In this document: positions 21,362-34,052 of the stretch, in pieces
Layout of the letters: each line of letters begins with the position of its first letter
How positions within the stretch are numbered: position 1 is the first letter of the stretch
Assembly (NCBI GenBank): GCA_046052125.1
Contig: JBJOMY010000002.1
Location: 192,001-256,000 of the forward strand
DNA: 64,000 nt
Direction: 5' to 3'
Source: Cyanobacteriota bacterium
GTDB lineage: Bacteria > Cyanobacteriota > Cyanobacteriia > PCC-6307 > Cyanobiaceae
Program-made: the position numbers and the translations under genes
Notes under the pieces: model-generated
Told to the model about the DNA's origin: nothing
What the model saw: the letters and a program-made list of their open reading frames with translations, nothing else
The model's database searches: none

Positions 21362-23371
21362 TCAGGCCTTACCCACCAACTTCTGGCGCAGACCCTTGAT
21401 GCGATCGCGCAGGTTGGCGGCCTCCTCAAAGTCGAGATTTTTGGCGGCGTTCTTCATCTTGTCTTCCAGCTGCTGGATCAGCTCCGGCAAGGAATCCAGC
21501 GGCACCTCGTTCTGCTCCGCCTGTTCGGCCGCCTGCTCGAGCTGATCGTCGTTGAGGCGACGCGACACCTCCAGGAACGCCAGGATCGAATTACCGGCTC
21601 GCTTGCCCGCCGGTGTGGGTGTGATGCCGTGCTTCTCGTTGTAGGTCTGCTGGATGGCGCGGCGGCGCTCGGTTTCCGAGATCGCTTTGGCCATTGAATC
21701 GGTGAGGTTGTCGGCGTAGAGCAAAGCCACACCCTCCACGTGCCGAGCGGCACGGCCGATGGTTTGGATCAGGGAGCGCTCGGCCCGCAGGAAGCCTTCC
21801 TTGTCCGCATCGAGGATCGCCACCAGGGACACCTCCGGCAGATCGAGCCCCTCCCGCAGCAGGTTCACCCCCACCAGCACGTCGTATTCGCCGTTTCTGA
21901 GGTCTTGGATGATCTCGATCCGCTCCAGTGAGTGAATCTCGGAGTGGAGGTAGCGCACCCGCACGCCGTTCTCAGCCAGGTAATCGGTGAGGTCTTCGGC
22001 CATGCGCTTGGTGAGGGTCGTCACCAGCACCCGCTCCTGTTTCTCCGCCCGGGTGCGGATCTCACCGAGCAGATCGTCCACCTGACCATCGGTGGGGCGC
22101 ACCTCAACGATCGGATCGAGCACACCGGTGGGGCGAATCACCTGCTCAACCACCTGGCCATTGCTCTGGCGCATCTCCCAATCGCCTGGGGTGGCGCTCA
22201 CGAAGATCGTCTGGCGCGCCTTTTCCCAGAACTCCTCACCCTTAAGGGGGCGGTTATCGGCGGCGGAGGGAAGCCGGAAGCCGTGCTCGATCAGCACCTG
22301 CTTGCGCGACTGATCGCCGTTGTACATCGCCTGGAGCTGGGAGCAGGTGACGTGGCTCTCATCCACCACCAGCAACCAGTCGTCGGGGAAGTAATCGATC
22401 AGGCATTCCGGCGGTGTGCCGGCCGGTCGACCCGCCAGATGCCGGGCGTAGTTCTCCACGCCATTGCAGTAGCCCACCTGCTCGAGCATCTCGAGGTCGT
22501 AGGTGGTGCGCTGCTCCAGACGCTGAGCTTCCAGCAAGCGGCCCTGTTCATTCAGCACATCCAAGCGCTCGCGCAGCTCGCTGCGGATCTCCTTGATGGC
22601 ACCCTCCAGGCGCTCCTTCGGGGTCACGAAGTGCTTGGCGGGATAGATATTGATGCTTTCGAGGCTCTGCAGAATTTCACCGGTGGTGGGATCCACGTAG
22701 CGGATCGCCTCCACTTCATCGCCGAACAGCTCAATGCGCACGAGCCGGTCTTCGTAGGCGGGGCCGATCTCGAGCACGTCGCCGCGCACCCGGAAGCGAC
22801 CGCGGGAGATCTCCAGGTCGTTGCGGGAATACTGGTTGTTCACCAGCTCCCGCAGGGAGCCGCGCAGGTTGAGGGTGGAGCCCACCTCGAACTTCACTGC
22901 CGCCTTGAGGTATTCACTGGGAATGCCAAGGCCGTAGATGCAGCTGATCGAGGCCACAACGATCACATCGCGGCGCTCAAACAAGGAGCGAGTCGCCGAG
23001 TGGCGCAGCATGTCGATCTCTTCGTTGATCGATGCCGTCTTGGCGATATAGGTGTCGGAGACGGGCACATACGCCTCCGGCTGGTAGTAGTCGTAGTAAG
23101 AGATGAAATATTCGACTGCGTTGTTGGGGAAGAACTCCCGCAACTCATTGCACAACTGAGCCGCCAGCGTCTTGTTGTGCGCGAGCACCAATGCCGGCCG
23201 GCCGGTGCTGGCAATCACATTGGCGATCGTGAAGGTTTTGCCGGTGCCGGTGGCCCCCAGCAGGGTCTGATAGCGCTCACCACCCTCAACGCCAGCCACC
23301 AACCCGGCGATCGCAGTGGGCTGATCACCCTTGGGGCTATAGGGGGCGCGGAGGTCGTAGGGGCTGGCCAT
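21362..23371 (-). CDS. uvrB: Excinuclease ABC subunit B
   Basis: [22 protein letters not shown] and a C-terminal UVR domain ([11 protein letters not shown]). Confidence 0.98.
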   Translation of the reverse strand: MASPYDLRAPYSPKGDQPTAIAGLVAGVEGGERYQTLLGATGTGKTFTIANVIASTGRPALVLAHNKTLAAQLCNELREFFPNNAVEYFISYYDYYQPEAYVPVSDTYIAKTASINEEIDMLRHSATRSLFERRDVIVVASISCIYGLGIPSEYLKAAVKFEVGSTLNLRGSLRELVNNQYSRNDLEISRGRFRVRGDVLEIGPAYEDRLVRIELFGDEVEAIRYVDPTTGEILQSLESINIYPAKHFVTPKERLEGAIKEIRSELRERLDVLNEQGRLLEAQRLEQRTTYDLEMLEQVGYCNGVENYARHLAGRPAGTPPECLIDYFPDDWLLVVDESHVTCSQLQAMYNGDQSRKQVLIEHGFRLPSAADNRPLKGEEFWEKARQTIFVSATPGDWEMRQSNGQVVEQVIRPTGVLDPIVEVRPTDGQVDDLLGEIRTRAEKQERVLVTTLTKRMAEDLTDYLAENGVRVRYLHSEIHSLERIEIIQDLRNGEYDVLVGVNLLREGLDLPEVSLVAILDADKEGFLRAERSLIQTIGRAARHVEGVALLYADNLTDSMAKAISETERRRAIQQTYNEKHGITPTPAGKRAGNSILAFLEVSRRLNDDQLEQAAEQAEQNEVPLDSLPELIQQLEDKMKNAAKNLDFEEAANLRDRIKGLRQKLVGKA

Positions 23372-23426
23372 CAACCCATTCTCGGGGAGATGGCCGGCCC
23401 ATTGCGGTCGCCGTTCTGGCCGTGGC

Positions 23427-24197
23427 TCAGAGGGCGGCCTTCACGGCGGTGCCCAGGGCCTCACGCAGACCGCGCACCACTGCAACCATTGCCAGCTCGT
23501 CGTTGAGCTTGTTCACGGCAGAACCCACGCCCACGCCGGAGGCGCCGGCGGCGATCGCCATCGGCACGGTGACGGCGGAGAGACCGGAGGCGCAGAGCAC
23601 GGGGGCATCGAGCTCAGCGGCCTGCACGGCGCGGCTGATGCTGTGGGCAGCGGCCAGGGTGGGGGCGGCCTTCTCGATCAAGCCGAGGCTGCCGGCGCTG
23701 AAGGGCTTGGCGCTGGTGCCGCCTTCGGTCTGGATGATGTCGGCGCCAGCCGCCACCAGATCCACCGCCAGTTGCTCCTGCTGATCGAGGGGGAGCACGT
23801 GGGGCACGGTGACACTCAGCACCACCTCGGGCAGCAGCTCACGGGTGCGGCGGGTGATCTCGAGCACTTCAACGGCATCGAAGATGCGGCCGAGGGGATA
23901 AAAGGCGTCGTAGTTGCCGATTTCCACCATGGCGGCACCGGCGGCCACCGCAGCGGGGAACAGTTCAGGATCCACGGCGCTCACGCAGATCGGCAGGCCG
24001 CTCACGGCAGCGGCGAGCTGCACCAGAGCCGGATCGCAGGCCACATCGATCAGATCGGCGCCACCGAGACCCGCAGCGCGGCTGATGCGCTCCACACTGG
24101 CGGCATCGAAGTTGGTGAGGCCGGCGATCACCTTGAGGGCGCGGCGCTCCACCAGAGCTGTGCGAAGCGATGCGGGCAGCTGGGCGAGACGCGACAT
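23427..24197 (-). CDS. ycf23: DUF561/Ycf23 family TIM-barrel protein
   Basis: [22 protein letters not shown] and GVGVGSA motifs. Confidence 0.85.
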   Translation of the reverse strand: MSRLAQLPASLRTALVERRALKVIAGLTNFDAASVERISRAAGLGGADLIDVACDPALVQLAAAVSGLPICVSAVDPELFPAAVAAGAAMVEIGNYDAFYPLGRIFDAVEVLEITRRTRELLPEVVLSVTVPHVLPLDQQEQLAVDLVAAGADIIQTEGGTSAKPFSAGSLGLIEKAAPTLAAAHSISRAVQAAELDAPVLCASGLSAVTVPMAIAAGASGVGVGSAVNKLNDELAMVAVVRGLREALGTAVKAAL

Positions 24198-24249
24198 GCC
24201 AGTGCAGACAGAGTGGGTCGATTCTCCCACGCAGCATTTGGCGTGAGCG

Positions 24250-25221
24250 ATGGCAGAACGCTGGAGCCCCTACCACCTGCGCCTGCATCGCTGGCTGCTC
24301 CACCGGGCGGACCTGCTCCCCGACGGCGCCGGCCTGCTGCTGGCCGTTTCCGGCGGACAGGATTCGATGGCCCTGCTGGGCTTGCTGATGGATCTGCGGC
24401 GCCTGCATCACTGGCGGCTGCAGCTTTGGCACGGCAATCACCAGCTCCGGCCCAACGCCACCGAACAGGCCGATGAACTGGAGGCCTGGGCCCGGCAGCA
24501 GCAGCTGCCCATTCAGGTGGACACCTGGATCCACCCCAGGACCGACGAGGCCGCCGCCCGGGCCTGGCGCTACGACGCTCTAGCGGCCGCAGCACGCGCC
24601 GGCGGGGTGAGCCATGTGGTGACGGGACACACGGCCAGCGACCGGGCCGAAACCCTGCTGTTGCAGCTGGCCCGCGGCAGCCACCGCCGCGGCCTGGCCA
24701 GCCTGCGACCCACACGCAGCCTGGCGCCGGATCTCACCCTCACCAGGCCACTGCTGCTGTTCAGCCGAGCCGAAACCGCCCTGATTCGCGAGCAGCTGTA
24801 CCTACCGCTCTGGCTGGATGCCAGCAACAACGAAGCACGGTTCAGCCGCAACCGGGTGCGCCAGGAGGTGATGCCCGTGCTCGAGCAGATCCACCCGGGG
24901 GCCGCGCGCCGCATCAGCGGCGTGGCCGAACGGCTGGCCCAGGAACACGACAGCCAGCAACAACTGGTGGAGCTGGCCCTTAGCGGCCTCCGCAGCGAAA
25001 TCGACCGCTTGAATCGCCGCGGCCTGATCGCTCTGCAGCCGGCCAATCAACGCCTGATGCTCCAGGCCTGGCTGGAACAGCTGGGCCTGCCGCCCCTGCC
25101 CGCCGATCAGCTGCAAACGCTGTTGGATCGATTAGGCCCCTCGCAGCCTCCCGGCCGTCTGGCCCTCCCGGCCGACCACTGGCTGCACTGGGATCGCCAA
25201 CAGCTCTGGCTCGAGCCCTAA
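24250..25221 (+). CDS. tilS: tRNA(Ile)-lysidine synthetase
   Basis: PP-loop SGGQDS; EAAARAWRY, GHTASDRAET and DASN..RNRVR motifs. Confidence 0.95.
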   Translation: MAERWSPYHLRLHRWLLHRADLLPDGAGLLLAVSGGQDSMALLGLLMDLRRLHHWRLQLWHGNHQLRPNATEQADELEAWARQQQLPIQVDTWIHPRTDEAAARAWRYDALAAAARAGGVSHVVTGHTASDRAETLLLQLARGSHRRGLASLRPTRSLAPDLTLTRPLLLFSRAETALIREQLYLPLWLDASNNEARFSRNRVRQEVMPVLEQIHPGAARRISGVAERLAQEHDSQQQLVELALSGLRSEIDRLNRRGLIALQPANQRLMLQAWLEQLGLPPLPADQLQTLLDRLGPSQPPGRLALPADHWLHWDRQQLWLEP

Positions 25222-25313
25222 GCGCCGAGGCTGCAGAGCACCTCGGCCAGCGGCAAAACCAGCGCAAGCGGCTTAAACAGGGGAGCACCCCACGTAGGCA
25301 GCCAACCGGCACC

Positions 25314-26015
25314 ATGCAAAGCGCTCTGGAGCAGGCCTACAGCGCCATCGAGCGGAGCTATGCCCAGGGCCACTTCCCGGAAGCGCTGGAGCAGGCCATG
25401 GCGCTGCAGCCCCAACTCGAGCCAGGGCGAGCGGACCTGCTCGATCAGCGCCTGCAGCTGCTCATCGGCCACATCCATCTGTATGGCCTGGCTCAGCCCC
25501 AGCAAGCGGAACTGGCCTACGGCGCCGTGCTCAACCAGTGCAACGAAGCGGGCTACCGGCGGTTGGCCGAGCAGGGCCTGGCTCAGTGCCAGGGGGAACC
25601 TGCAACAGAACCACAGGCACGCGAGCCGGAACCCTTCAACCTGCCAGCCACGCCTTGGCTGGCGCAGCTGCGCGATCCCCAGCAAGCGCTGGCGGAGATT
25701 CAACAGGCGTGGGCGTCGGTACCAGCGGCAACACCAGCCGCCCAGCCGGAGCCTCAGCCGCTGGCCGGCAGTGGGATCGCTGCCAGCCCCTGGGACTCTG
25801 CAGCGCAAGCACAGATACCGGAGACGCCACCGGTTACGGCCGCGGAAACCGATTCACCTGAACCGGATTCGCCCGACACCGATGGATCTGAACCCGCGGG
25901 AGCAACGAGCTCAGAGCAAACCAACCCTGAAACCACTGCCGAGTCGGTGGCTGATGAGCTCGACAAGGGTCTGCTGCTGGTGAAGCTCTCCAGCCCGGGC
26001 GGCCAGCGGGACTGA
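25314..26015 (+). CDS. Hypothetical protein with a TPR-like N-terminus and an acidic disordered linker
   Basis: Helical-repeat N-terminus, Pro/Glu/Ser-rich middle, C-terminal ELDKGLLLVKL. Confidence 0.7.
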   Translation: MQSALEQAYSAIERSYAQGHFPEALEQAMALQPQLEPGRADLLDQRLQLLIGHIHLYGLAQPQQAELAYGAVLNQCNEAGYRRLAEQGLAQCQGEPATEPQAREPEPFNLPATPWLAQLRDPQQALAEIQQAWASVPAATPAAQPEPQPLAGSGIAASPWDSAAQAQIPETPPVTAAETDSPEPDSPDTDGSEPAGATSSEQTNPETTAESVADELDKGLLLVKLSSPGGQRD

Positions 26016-26042
26016 GCCCGCCGGCGCCCAGGGCAGAGCCGA

Positions 26043-28028
26043 TCAGCTGGCGGCGGCTGAGCGGCGGCGGCGGGTGCGGCCGCTGATCTCAGGCTCTTCG
26101 GTGCGGGCCGGTGTTGCGGCGGCAGCCACTGGAGCCGGAGCTGCAGCAGCGGCGGCGGGAGCAGCTGGGGCAGCTCCAACGGCCGCCAGCTCGCGGCGGG
26201 GCTGGGCGGCACGCTCGGGACGCTCACCCCGTTGCACATCGCGGCCACCGCCACGGCCGCCGCGGGGGGCCGGACGACTGTCGGGCTCGGCATCGGCGCG
26301 GCCCTTGTAGGCCGGAGTGCCGCCGGGGGCGGGCTGCACCAGGCAGATGATCAGCGGCTCCACCTGCAGCTCACGGCGGAGGCGGCGTTGCAGACCGATC
26401 TCGATCTCGCGTTGCACACCCATCCAATCCACGTCGGGTGCCTTGCCTCCGCTGTTGCGCGAGAGCTGCTGCCAGCGGTTCTCGAGCACCCAGGTGATCT
26501 CGCGCTCGGCCCAGAGGCTGAGCTTGCGCGGATCGGCGGCGGTCACCACACCGCGCAGATTCACGCGAGGCGGAGCGGCCATCACGCCATCGGTGCTGAT
26601 CACCGCGAGCATGGTGATCACGCCGTCATCAGCGAGCTGCTGACGCTCCTTGAGCACGCGGGCATCAACGATGCCGTTGCGGGAAGCATCGAGCAGCTCA
26701 ATTCCGGCCTTCACCGGCTCACCTTTATTGATCGAATCGGGGGTGAGTTCGACCACATCACCGTTATCGATGATCAGGATGTTTTCGGCGGGAATCCCCA
26801 TGGATTGCGCTGTTTTGCTGTGGCAAACGAGCATGCGGTGCTCGCCGTGCACAGGCACGAAATACTTCGGCTTGGTGAGCGCCAGCATCAGTTTCTGGTC
26901 TTCCTGGAAGCCGTGACCAGACACGTGAATGCCTTCGCCCTTGCCGTACACCACCTTGGCGCCCAGCATCATCAGCCGGTCGATGGTGTTCACCACAGAG
27001 ATGGTGTTCCCGGGAATGGGGCTGGCGGAGAAGATGATCGTGTCTGAGTTCTTAACCTGCACCTGCGGGTGCTCACCGCGGGAGATGCGGCTCAGAGCAG
27101 CCAGTGGCTCACCCTGGCTACCGGTCATCAGCAGCAGGGTTTCGCGATCGGGCAGATCACGGATCTGCTTGATCGGCACAAACAGATCATCAGGGGCGCG
27201 CATGTAGCCCAGCTCACGCGCCTTGGCGATCACGTTGAGCATGGAGCGACCGAGCAGGCCCACCTTGCGGCCGTTCTTGAGGGCCAGCTCGAGAATCATC
27301 GCCACCCGGTGAATCGAGCTAGCGAAGGTGGTGATGATCACCCGGCCTTCCGCCTGGGAGATGTGGCGATCCAGGCAGGGGAACACGGAGCGCTCTGGCG
27401 GGCAGAAGCCCGGCACCTCGGAGTTGGTGGAATCGCTGAACAGGCAAAGCACACCCTGCTCGCCGTAGTGGGCCAGGCGGGCCATGTCGAAGGTTTCACC
27501 GTCGACGGGGGTGTGATCGAACTTGAAGTCACCGGTGAAGATCACGGTGCCCACCGGCGTGGTGATGGCCAGCGAGAAGCTGTCGGCCATCGAGTGGGTG
27601 TTACGGATGAACTCCACCGAGAAGTGCTGACCCACCTTCACCACATCGCGGGGTGCGACGGTTTGAAGGATGGTGCGATCCATCACACCGGCTTCTTCCA
27701 TCTTTCCGGTGAGCATCGCCAGCGCCAGGCGCGGACCATGAATCACTGGAATATTGAAGTTCTTCAGGTGGTGAGCAATACCACCGATGTGATCTTCGTG
27801 ACCGTGGGTCACGATCATGCCGCGGATGCGCTTCTGGTTTTCCTTCAGATAGCTGGTGTCCGGCATCACCACATTGACGCCGTGCATGCCATCACTGGGG
27901 AATGCCAGACCGGCATCCACCAACATGATGTCGTCGCCGTATTCAAAAACGCAGGTGTTCTTGCCGATCTCGTGAAGGCCACCGAGAGGGATGACCCGCA
28001 GGCAGGGTTTCTTGACTTGGTTCGTCAT
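26043..28028 (-). CDS. rnj: Ribonuclease J
   Basis: PLGGLHEIGKN, THGHEDHIG, HVSGH and PVHGE motifs. Confidence 0.97.
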   Translation of the reverse strand: MTNQVKKPCLRVIPLGGLHEIGKNTCVFEYGDDIMLVDAGLAFPSDGMHGVNVVMPDTSYLKENQKRIRGMIVTHGHEDHIGGIAHHLKNFNIPVIHGPRLALAMLTGKMEEAGVMDRTILQTVAPRDVVKVGQHFSVEFIRNTHSMADSFSLAITTPVGTVIFTGDFKFDHTPVDGETFDMARLAHYGEQGVLCLFSDSTNSEVPGFCPPERSVFPCLDRHISQAEGRVIITTFASSIHRVAMILELALKNGRKVGLLGRSMLNVIAKARELGYMRAPDDLFVPIKQIRDLPDRETLLLMTGSQGEPLAALSRISRGEHPQVQVKNSDTIIFSASPIPGNTISVVNTIDRLMMLGAKVVYGKGEGIHVSGHGFQEDQKLMLALTKPKYFVPVHGEHRMLVCHSKTAQSMGIPAENILIIDNGDVVELTPDSINKGEPVKAGIELLDASRNGIVDARVLKERQQLADDGVITMLAVISTDGVMAAPPRVNLRGVVTAADPRKLSLWAEREITWVLENRWQQLSRNSGGKAPDVDWMGVQREIEIGLQRRLRRELQVEPLIICLVQPAPGGTPAYKGRADAEPDSRPAPRGGRGGGRDVQRGERPERAAQPRRELAAVGAAPAAPAAAAAAPAPVAAAATPARTEEPEISGRTRRRRSAAAS

Positions 28029-28114
28029 TCAGGAAGAGGAGTCCGGCGCAGCCGGATGCAGAACGGAAACATCGGGGGAGCAAACGCCATGGCGCGCTCC
28101 AGTGGGCCTTGGCG

Positions 28115-29044
28115 TCAGGTAGGACGCAGGGCTGCAAGAACGGAAGAGAGTCGGTCGCGCACGTCGTTAGAAGCGGATACGAGAGGAAGCCTTGGGGCAC
28201 CCACGGGCCAGCCGCTGAGCTCCAGCGCGGCTTTCACGGGGATGGGATTGGTGGTGCAGAACATCGCCCTGCAGAGGGGCAGCAGTTGTTCGTGCACGGA
28301 GAGGGCGGTGCGGAGGTCGCCGGCCAGGAAGGCCTGCACCATCTGCTGGATCTGATCACCAGCCACATGGCTGGCCACGCTCACCACACCCACCGCACCA
28401 ACAGCGAGCATCGGCAAGGTGAGGGCGTCATCACCGCTGTAGATCGCCAGCCGTTCGCCGCAGAGGGCCCGCAGTGCACTCACCTCCTCGGTGGTGCCGC
28501 TGGCGGCCTTGAAGCTCACCAGGTTGGGAAGATCCATCAGCCGAGCCGTGGTCTCGGGGCTGATGCTGCAACCGGTGCGGCCCGGAATGTTGTAGAGCAT
28601 CAGCGGCAACTGGGGCGCCGCTGCAGCCACGGCGCGGAAATGGGCCTCGAGGCCCTCTTGGGGCGGCTTGTTGTAGTAGGGCACCACCACCAGAGCGCCG
28701 TCAGCCCCGAGGGCCGCCGCTTCAGCAATCGCTTCCACCGCTTCCGCGGTGCAGTTGCTGCCGGTGCCCGCCAGCAGGCTGGCCCGCTGACCCACCGCCT
28801 CTTTCACGGCGGAGAAGAGCTGATGCTGCTCCTCCCAGCTGAGGGTGGGGGATTCTCCGGTGGTGCCACACAGCACCAGACCATCGGAGCCGTGATCCAC
28901 CAGATGGCTGGCCAGCCGTGCCGCCAGCTCCAGATCCACCGACCCATCGGCGGCAAAGGGGGTCACCATGGCCGTCACCACCCGGCCGAAGGGGGCGGGG
29001 GAGGCTGCGCCGGCGGTGAGGGGAGTCGACGCCATGGCGCTCAT
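28115..29044 (-). CDS. dapA: 4-hydroxy-tetrahydrodipicolinate synthase
   Basis: [20 protein letters not shown] and NPIPVK motifs; ATGA overlap with asd. Confidence 0.97.
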   Translation of the reverse strand: MSAMASTPLTAGAASPAPFGRVVTAMVTPFAADGSVDLELAARLASHLVDHGSDGLVLCGTTGESPTLSWEEQHQLFSAVKEAVGQRASLLAGTGSNCTAEAVEAIAEAAALGADGALVVVPYYNKPPQEGLEAHFRAVAAAAPQLPLMLYNIPGRTGCSISPETTARLMDLPNLVSFKAASGTTEEVSALRALCGERLAIYSGDDALTLPMLAVGAVGVVSVASHVAGDQIQQMVQAFLAGDLRTALSVHEQLLPLCRAMFCTTNPIPVKAALELSGWPVGAPRLPLVSASNDVRDRLSSVLAALRPT

Positions 29045-30117
29045 GCGCTCACTCCAGCGGTGGCGGCTCCCGCAGCAGCGGCAAGCGCGGGATCCATCAG
29101 CAACTCAGCAATCTGGATGGCGTTGAGGGCTGCGCCCTTACGGATCTGATCACCACAGAGCCAGAGCTCGAGGGCATTGGGCTCGCTGAGGTCCTGGCGG
29201 ATCCGGCCCACGGCCACCGCATCCCGGCCCGTCACATCGGTAGGCATCGGGAAGCGATTGGCGTTGAAGTCTTCAATCAGCTCGACGCCCGGAGCCTCTG
29301 CCAGCAGAGCCCGGGCTTCCTCCACCGGGAATGGCTCATTGAATTCAATGTTGATCGCCTCGGAGTGGGCCCGCAGCACCGGCACCCGCACACAGGTGGC
29401 CGACACCCGCAGATCCGGCAAACCCATGATCTTGCGGGTTTCGTTGAGCATCTTGAGCTCTTCCTCGCAGTAGCCGTTGTCCTGCAGCGGGGAGTTGTGC
29501 AGGAAGAGGTTGAACGCAAGCGAGTGGGGCAGCACGCTGCTCTGGGGCGTGCCCCCATCGAGCACGGTGCGGCTGAGCTGAGCCAGCTCCTCCATGGCGC
29601 GAGCGCCTGCACCACTGGCCGATTGATAGGTGCTCACCACCACGCGACGCAGGGAGCGGCGGGCCGCCAGCGGCGCCAGGGCCAGCGTCATCAAGATGGT
29701 GGTGCAGTTGGGGTTGGCGATCACCCCGTTGTGGTGGAAGGCGGCGTGGGGGTTCACCTCGGGCACCACCAGCGGCACCTCCGCATCCATGCGGAACGCA
29801 CTGGAGTTGTCGATCACCACCGCACCCGCGGCAGCCGCCACAGGCGCCCACTGCTTCGACACCGAGCCGCCGGCGGAGGCCAGCACCACATCCACGCCGT
29901 TGAAGGCCTCGGCGCTCACGGGCTCGATCGTGAGGGTCTGGCCGTTCCACTCAACCTGTTGACCAGCCGAGCGGGGTGACGCCAGCAGGGTGAGCCGCGC
30001 CACCGGGAAACGGCGCTCAGCCAACAGCAGCAGCAGCTCCTGACCCACAGCACCGCTGGCGCCGAGAACGGCTACGTGCAGGGGGCGCTGGGGCAGAGGG
30101 CGAATGGAGCTGGTCAA
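29041..30117 (-). CDS. asd: Aspartate-semialdehyde dehydrogenase
   Basis: [22 protein letters not shown] and RKGAALNA motifs; TTG start. Confidence 0.97.
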   Translation of the reverse strand: MTSSIRPLPQRPLHVAVLGASGAVGQELLLLLAERRFPVARLTLLASPRSAGQQVEWNGQTLTIEPVSAEAFNGVDVVLASAGGSVSKQWAPVAAAAGAVVIDNSSAFRMDAEVPLVVPEVNPHAAFHHNGVIANPNCTTILMTLALAPLAARRSLRRVVVSTYQSASGAGARAMEELAQLSRTVLDGGTPQSSVLPHSLAFNLFLHNSPLQDNGYCEEELKMLNETRKIMGLPDLRVSATCVRVPVLRAHSEAINIEFNEPFPVEEARALLAEAPGVELIEDFNANRFPMPTDVTGRDAVAVGRIRQDLSEPNALELWLCGDQIRKGAALNAIQIAELLMDPALAAAAGAATAGVSA

Positions 30118-30409
30118 CGGACGTTCAGAAGAAAACGGTGAATGCTGAAAAACGGGAGCTCAGTCGGGGAGCTCAACCAACAGCTGTCCAATGGGCTTGG
30201 AGAGACAGGCTGCGCAGGAAGCGATCTGCCAAACATGGTGCGGAAGCCCGCTGGGCTTTCGCTAAAAACTCTTCAGGTCGCTGTTCTTGCCGCCAACAAT
30301 ACGTGCTCAACGCAGGCCCGGCGACAGAGCGTGAAAGCTCGTCACAGGTCAGTTCATAGGATCGTTGGCTGCCCTACCGAATCGCTTCGGTCTCCGACGC
30401 CACCTCTCC

Positions 30410-31846
30410 ATGAGCCCTGCCGCTTCCACCGCTAGCCAATCCGAGCTCAAGGTGAGCACCAGCCCTCGCCCCGGCAGCCGGATGGCGGTGGAGATCAGTG
30501 TTCCCGCCGGCCGCACCCAGACCAGCCATGAGCAGGCGGTGGAGAAGCTGAGCCGCACCATCAAGCTCCCCGGTTTCCGCAAGGGCAAAGTGCCCCGCAC
30601 CGTGCTGGTGCAGCAGATCGGTGCTGTGCGCATTCGCGCCACCGCCCTCGAGGAGCTGGTGGACAACGTGTTCCGCGATGCCCTCAAGCAGGCTGAAATC
30701 CCCGCCATCGGCCAACCCAGCGTGGATGGCGGATTCGAATCCCTTCTGGAGCGCTTTGAGCCCGGCAAGGAGCTGAGCCTCACCCTTGAGATGGATGTGG
30801 AGCCCACCCCCAGCCTCAAGAGCACCAAGGGGCTGAAGGCCGAGGCGGAGAGCGTGAGCTTCGATGCCGCCCGCGTCGACGAGCTGATCGAGCAATCCCG
30901 CCGCCAGCTGGCCACGCTGGTGCCGGTGGACAAGCGTGCCGCTGAATCCGGTGATGTGGCCGTGATCAACTTCTCCGGCACCTACGCCGATAACGGCGAA
31001 GCGATCAGCGGCGGCAGCGCTGATGCCATGGAAGTGGAGCTGGAAGACGGCCGCATGATCCCCGGCTTCGTGGAAGGGATCATCGGGATGAAGCCCGGTG
31101 ACAGCAAGACCGTGGCCTGCCAGTTCCCCGAGGAGTACCCCCAGGAGGACGCCGCCGGCCGCAAAGCCAGCTTTGAGATCACCCTCACCGAGCTGAAGGC
31201 CCGCGAACTGCCCGCCCTCGACGACGCCTTCGCCCAGCAGGCCAGCGACAAGCAGACCCTGGCCGAACTGCGCGCCGACCTGGAGGAGCGCCTCAAGGAG
31301 GACGCCGAGCGCCGCAACCAGTCGAACCGCCACGACGCCCTGCTGGCGGCCCTGGTGGAGCAGCTCGAGGTGGAACTGCCCGAAACCCTGGTGCAGGAGG
31401 AGATCATCTCGCTGCTAGAGCAAACCGCCGGTCAGCTCGCCCAGCAGGGCATGGACGTGAAGAAGCTGTTCACCCCTCAGCTGATCCAGAGCCTGCGCGA
31501 AACCTCCCGCCCGGAGGCCGAAGAGCGCCTCAAGCGCAGCCTGGCCCTCAAGGCCCTGGCCACCACCGAGAAAATCGAGGTGGCCGCCGATGAGATCGAG
31601 GCCAAGGTGAAGGAGCTCAGCCGTGGCTTCAGCGACAGCTCCCGCATCGATCCCGCCCGCCTGCGCCAGGCCGTGCAGGAAGACCTGATGCGCGAAAAGC
31701 TGATGGGCTGGCTGGAGAGCAACTCCACCATCACCGAAAAGGCCCCCGAAGCCGAGGGCGACCAAGCCAAGAAGGCGGCAGCCAAGAAGAGCACCGCCAA
31801 AAAGGCCAAGGCGGAGACCGACGCCGAGCCCGCTGCCGAAGCCTGA
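30410..31846 (+). CDS. tig: Trigger factor
   Basis: PGFRKGKVP ribosome-binding motif and FKBP domain (MIPGF); TAGGAT -10 element at 30357. Confidence 0.97.
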   Translation: MSPAASTASQSELKVSTSPRPGSRMAVEISVPAGRTQTSHEQAVEKLSRTIKLPGFRKGKVPRTVLVQQIGAVRIRATALEELVDNVFRDALKQAEIPAIGQPSVDGGFESLLERFEPGKELSLTLEMDVEPTPSLKSTKGLKAEAESVSFDAARVDELIEQSRRQLATLVPVDKRAAESGDVAVINFSGTYADNGEAISGGSADAMEVELEDGRMIPGFVEGIIGMKPGDSKTVACQFPEEYPQEDAAGRKASFEITLTELKARELPALDDAFAQQASDKQTLAELRADLEERLKEDAERRNQSNRHDALLAALVEQLEVELPETLVQEEIISLLEQTAGQLAQQGMDVKKLFTPQLIQSLRETSRPEAEERLKRSLALKALATTEKIEVAADEIEAKVKELSRGFSDSSRIDPARLRQAVQEDLMREKLMGWLESNSTITEKAPEAEGDQAKKAAAKKSTAKKAKAETDAEPAAEA

Positions 31847-31858
31847 TCCCCATAGATT

Positions 31859-31882
31859 GGCCGGACTGACGACAGTCCGGCC
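31859..31882. repeat. Perfect inverted repeat between tig and clpP
   Basis: GGCCGGACTG-ACGA-CAGTCCGGCC. Confidence 0.85.
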
Positions 31883-31884
31883 GC

Positions 31885-32568
31885 GTGATCAACGCCAGCA
31901 CCCCTCACCCGATCCAGAACCGCTGGCTGGGGACTCGCCCGGAAGCCACCATTGCCTCACCAGCCCCGGTGGCAGCTCCGGGCGTGCTGCCCACCGTGGT
32001 GGAGCAGTCCGGTCGCGGTGAGCGGGCCTTCGATATCTATTCGCGCCTGCTGCGCGAGCGGATCATCTTCCTGGGTACCGGCATCGACGACCAGGTGGCC
32101 GACGCCCTGGTGGCGCAGCTGCTGTTCCTCGAAGCCGAGGACCCCGAGAAGGACATTCAGATCTACATCAACTCGCCGGGCGGTTCGGTGACGGCCGGCC
32201 TGGCGATCTACGACACCATGCAGCAGGTGGCACCGGATGTGGTGACCATCTGCTACGGCCTGGCAGCCTCCATGGGCGCCTTTCTGCTCTCCGGCGGTGC
32301 CAAGGGCAAGCGGCTGGCCCTGCCGAACGCGCGGATCATGATCCACCAGCCCCTCGGCGGCGCCCAGGGCCAGGCCGTTGACATTGAGATCCAGGCCAAG
32401 GAGATCCTTTATCTCAAGGACACCCTCAACGGGCTGATGGCCGAGCACACGGGCCAGCCCCTCGAGAAGATCGCCGAAGACACCGACCGCGACTACTTCC
32501 TTTCCCCGGCGGAAGCGGTTCAATACGGCTTGATCGACCGCGTTGTCACCGACGACGCCCCGGTTTGA
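31885..32568 (+). CDS. clpP: ATP-dependent Clp protease proteolytic subunit
   Basis: [28 protein letters not shown] and MIHQP motifs. Confidence 0.97.
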   Translation: MINASTPHPIQNRWLGTRPEATIASPAPVAAPGVLPTVVEQSGRGERAFDIYSRLLRERIIFLGTGIDDQVADALVAQLLFLEAEDPEKDIQIYINSPGGSVTAGLAIYDTMQQVAPDVVTICYGLAASMGAFLLSGGAKGKRLALPNARIMIHQPLGGAQGQAVDIEIQAKEILYLKDTLNGLMAEHTGQPLEKIAEDTDRDYFLSPAEAVQYGLIDRVVTDDAPV

Positions 32569-32671
32569 TCCTTAAGGACGGCAGACGAAACGCCGGATCC
32601 CGTTGATCCTGGTTTCGGGCCCTTAGCCCGCCTCCGCCAGGACGCTCCCGCAGCACCGCCGCTTCCGCTCG

Positions 32672-34024
<1,353 letters not shown>

Positions 34025-34052
34025 GCGGATCCCTCGGCTCGAGCCGCCCCCT

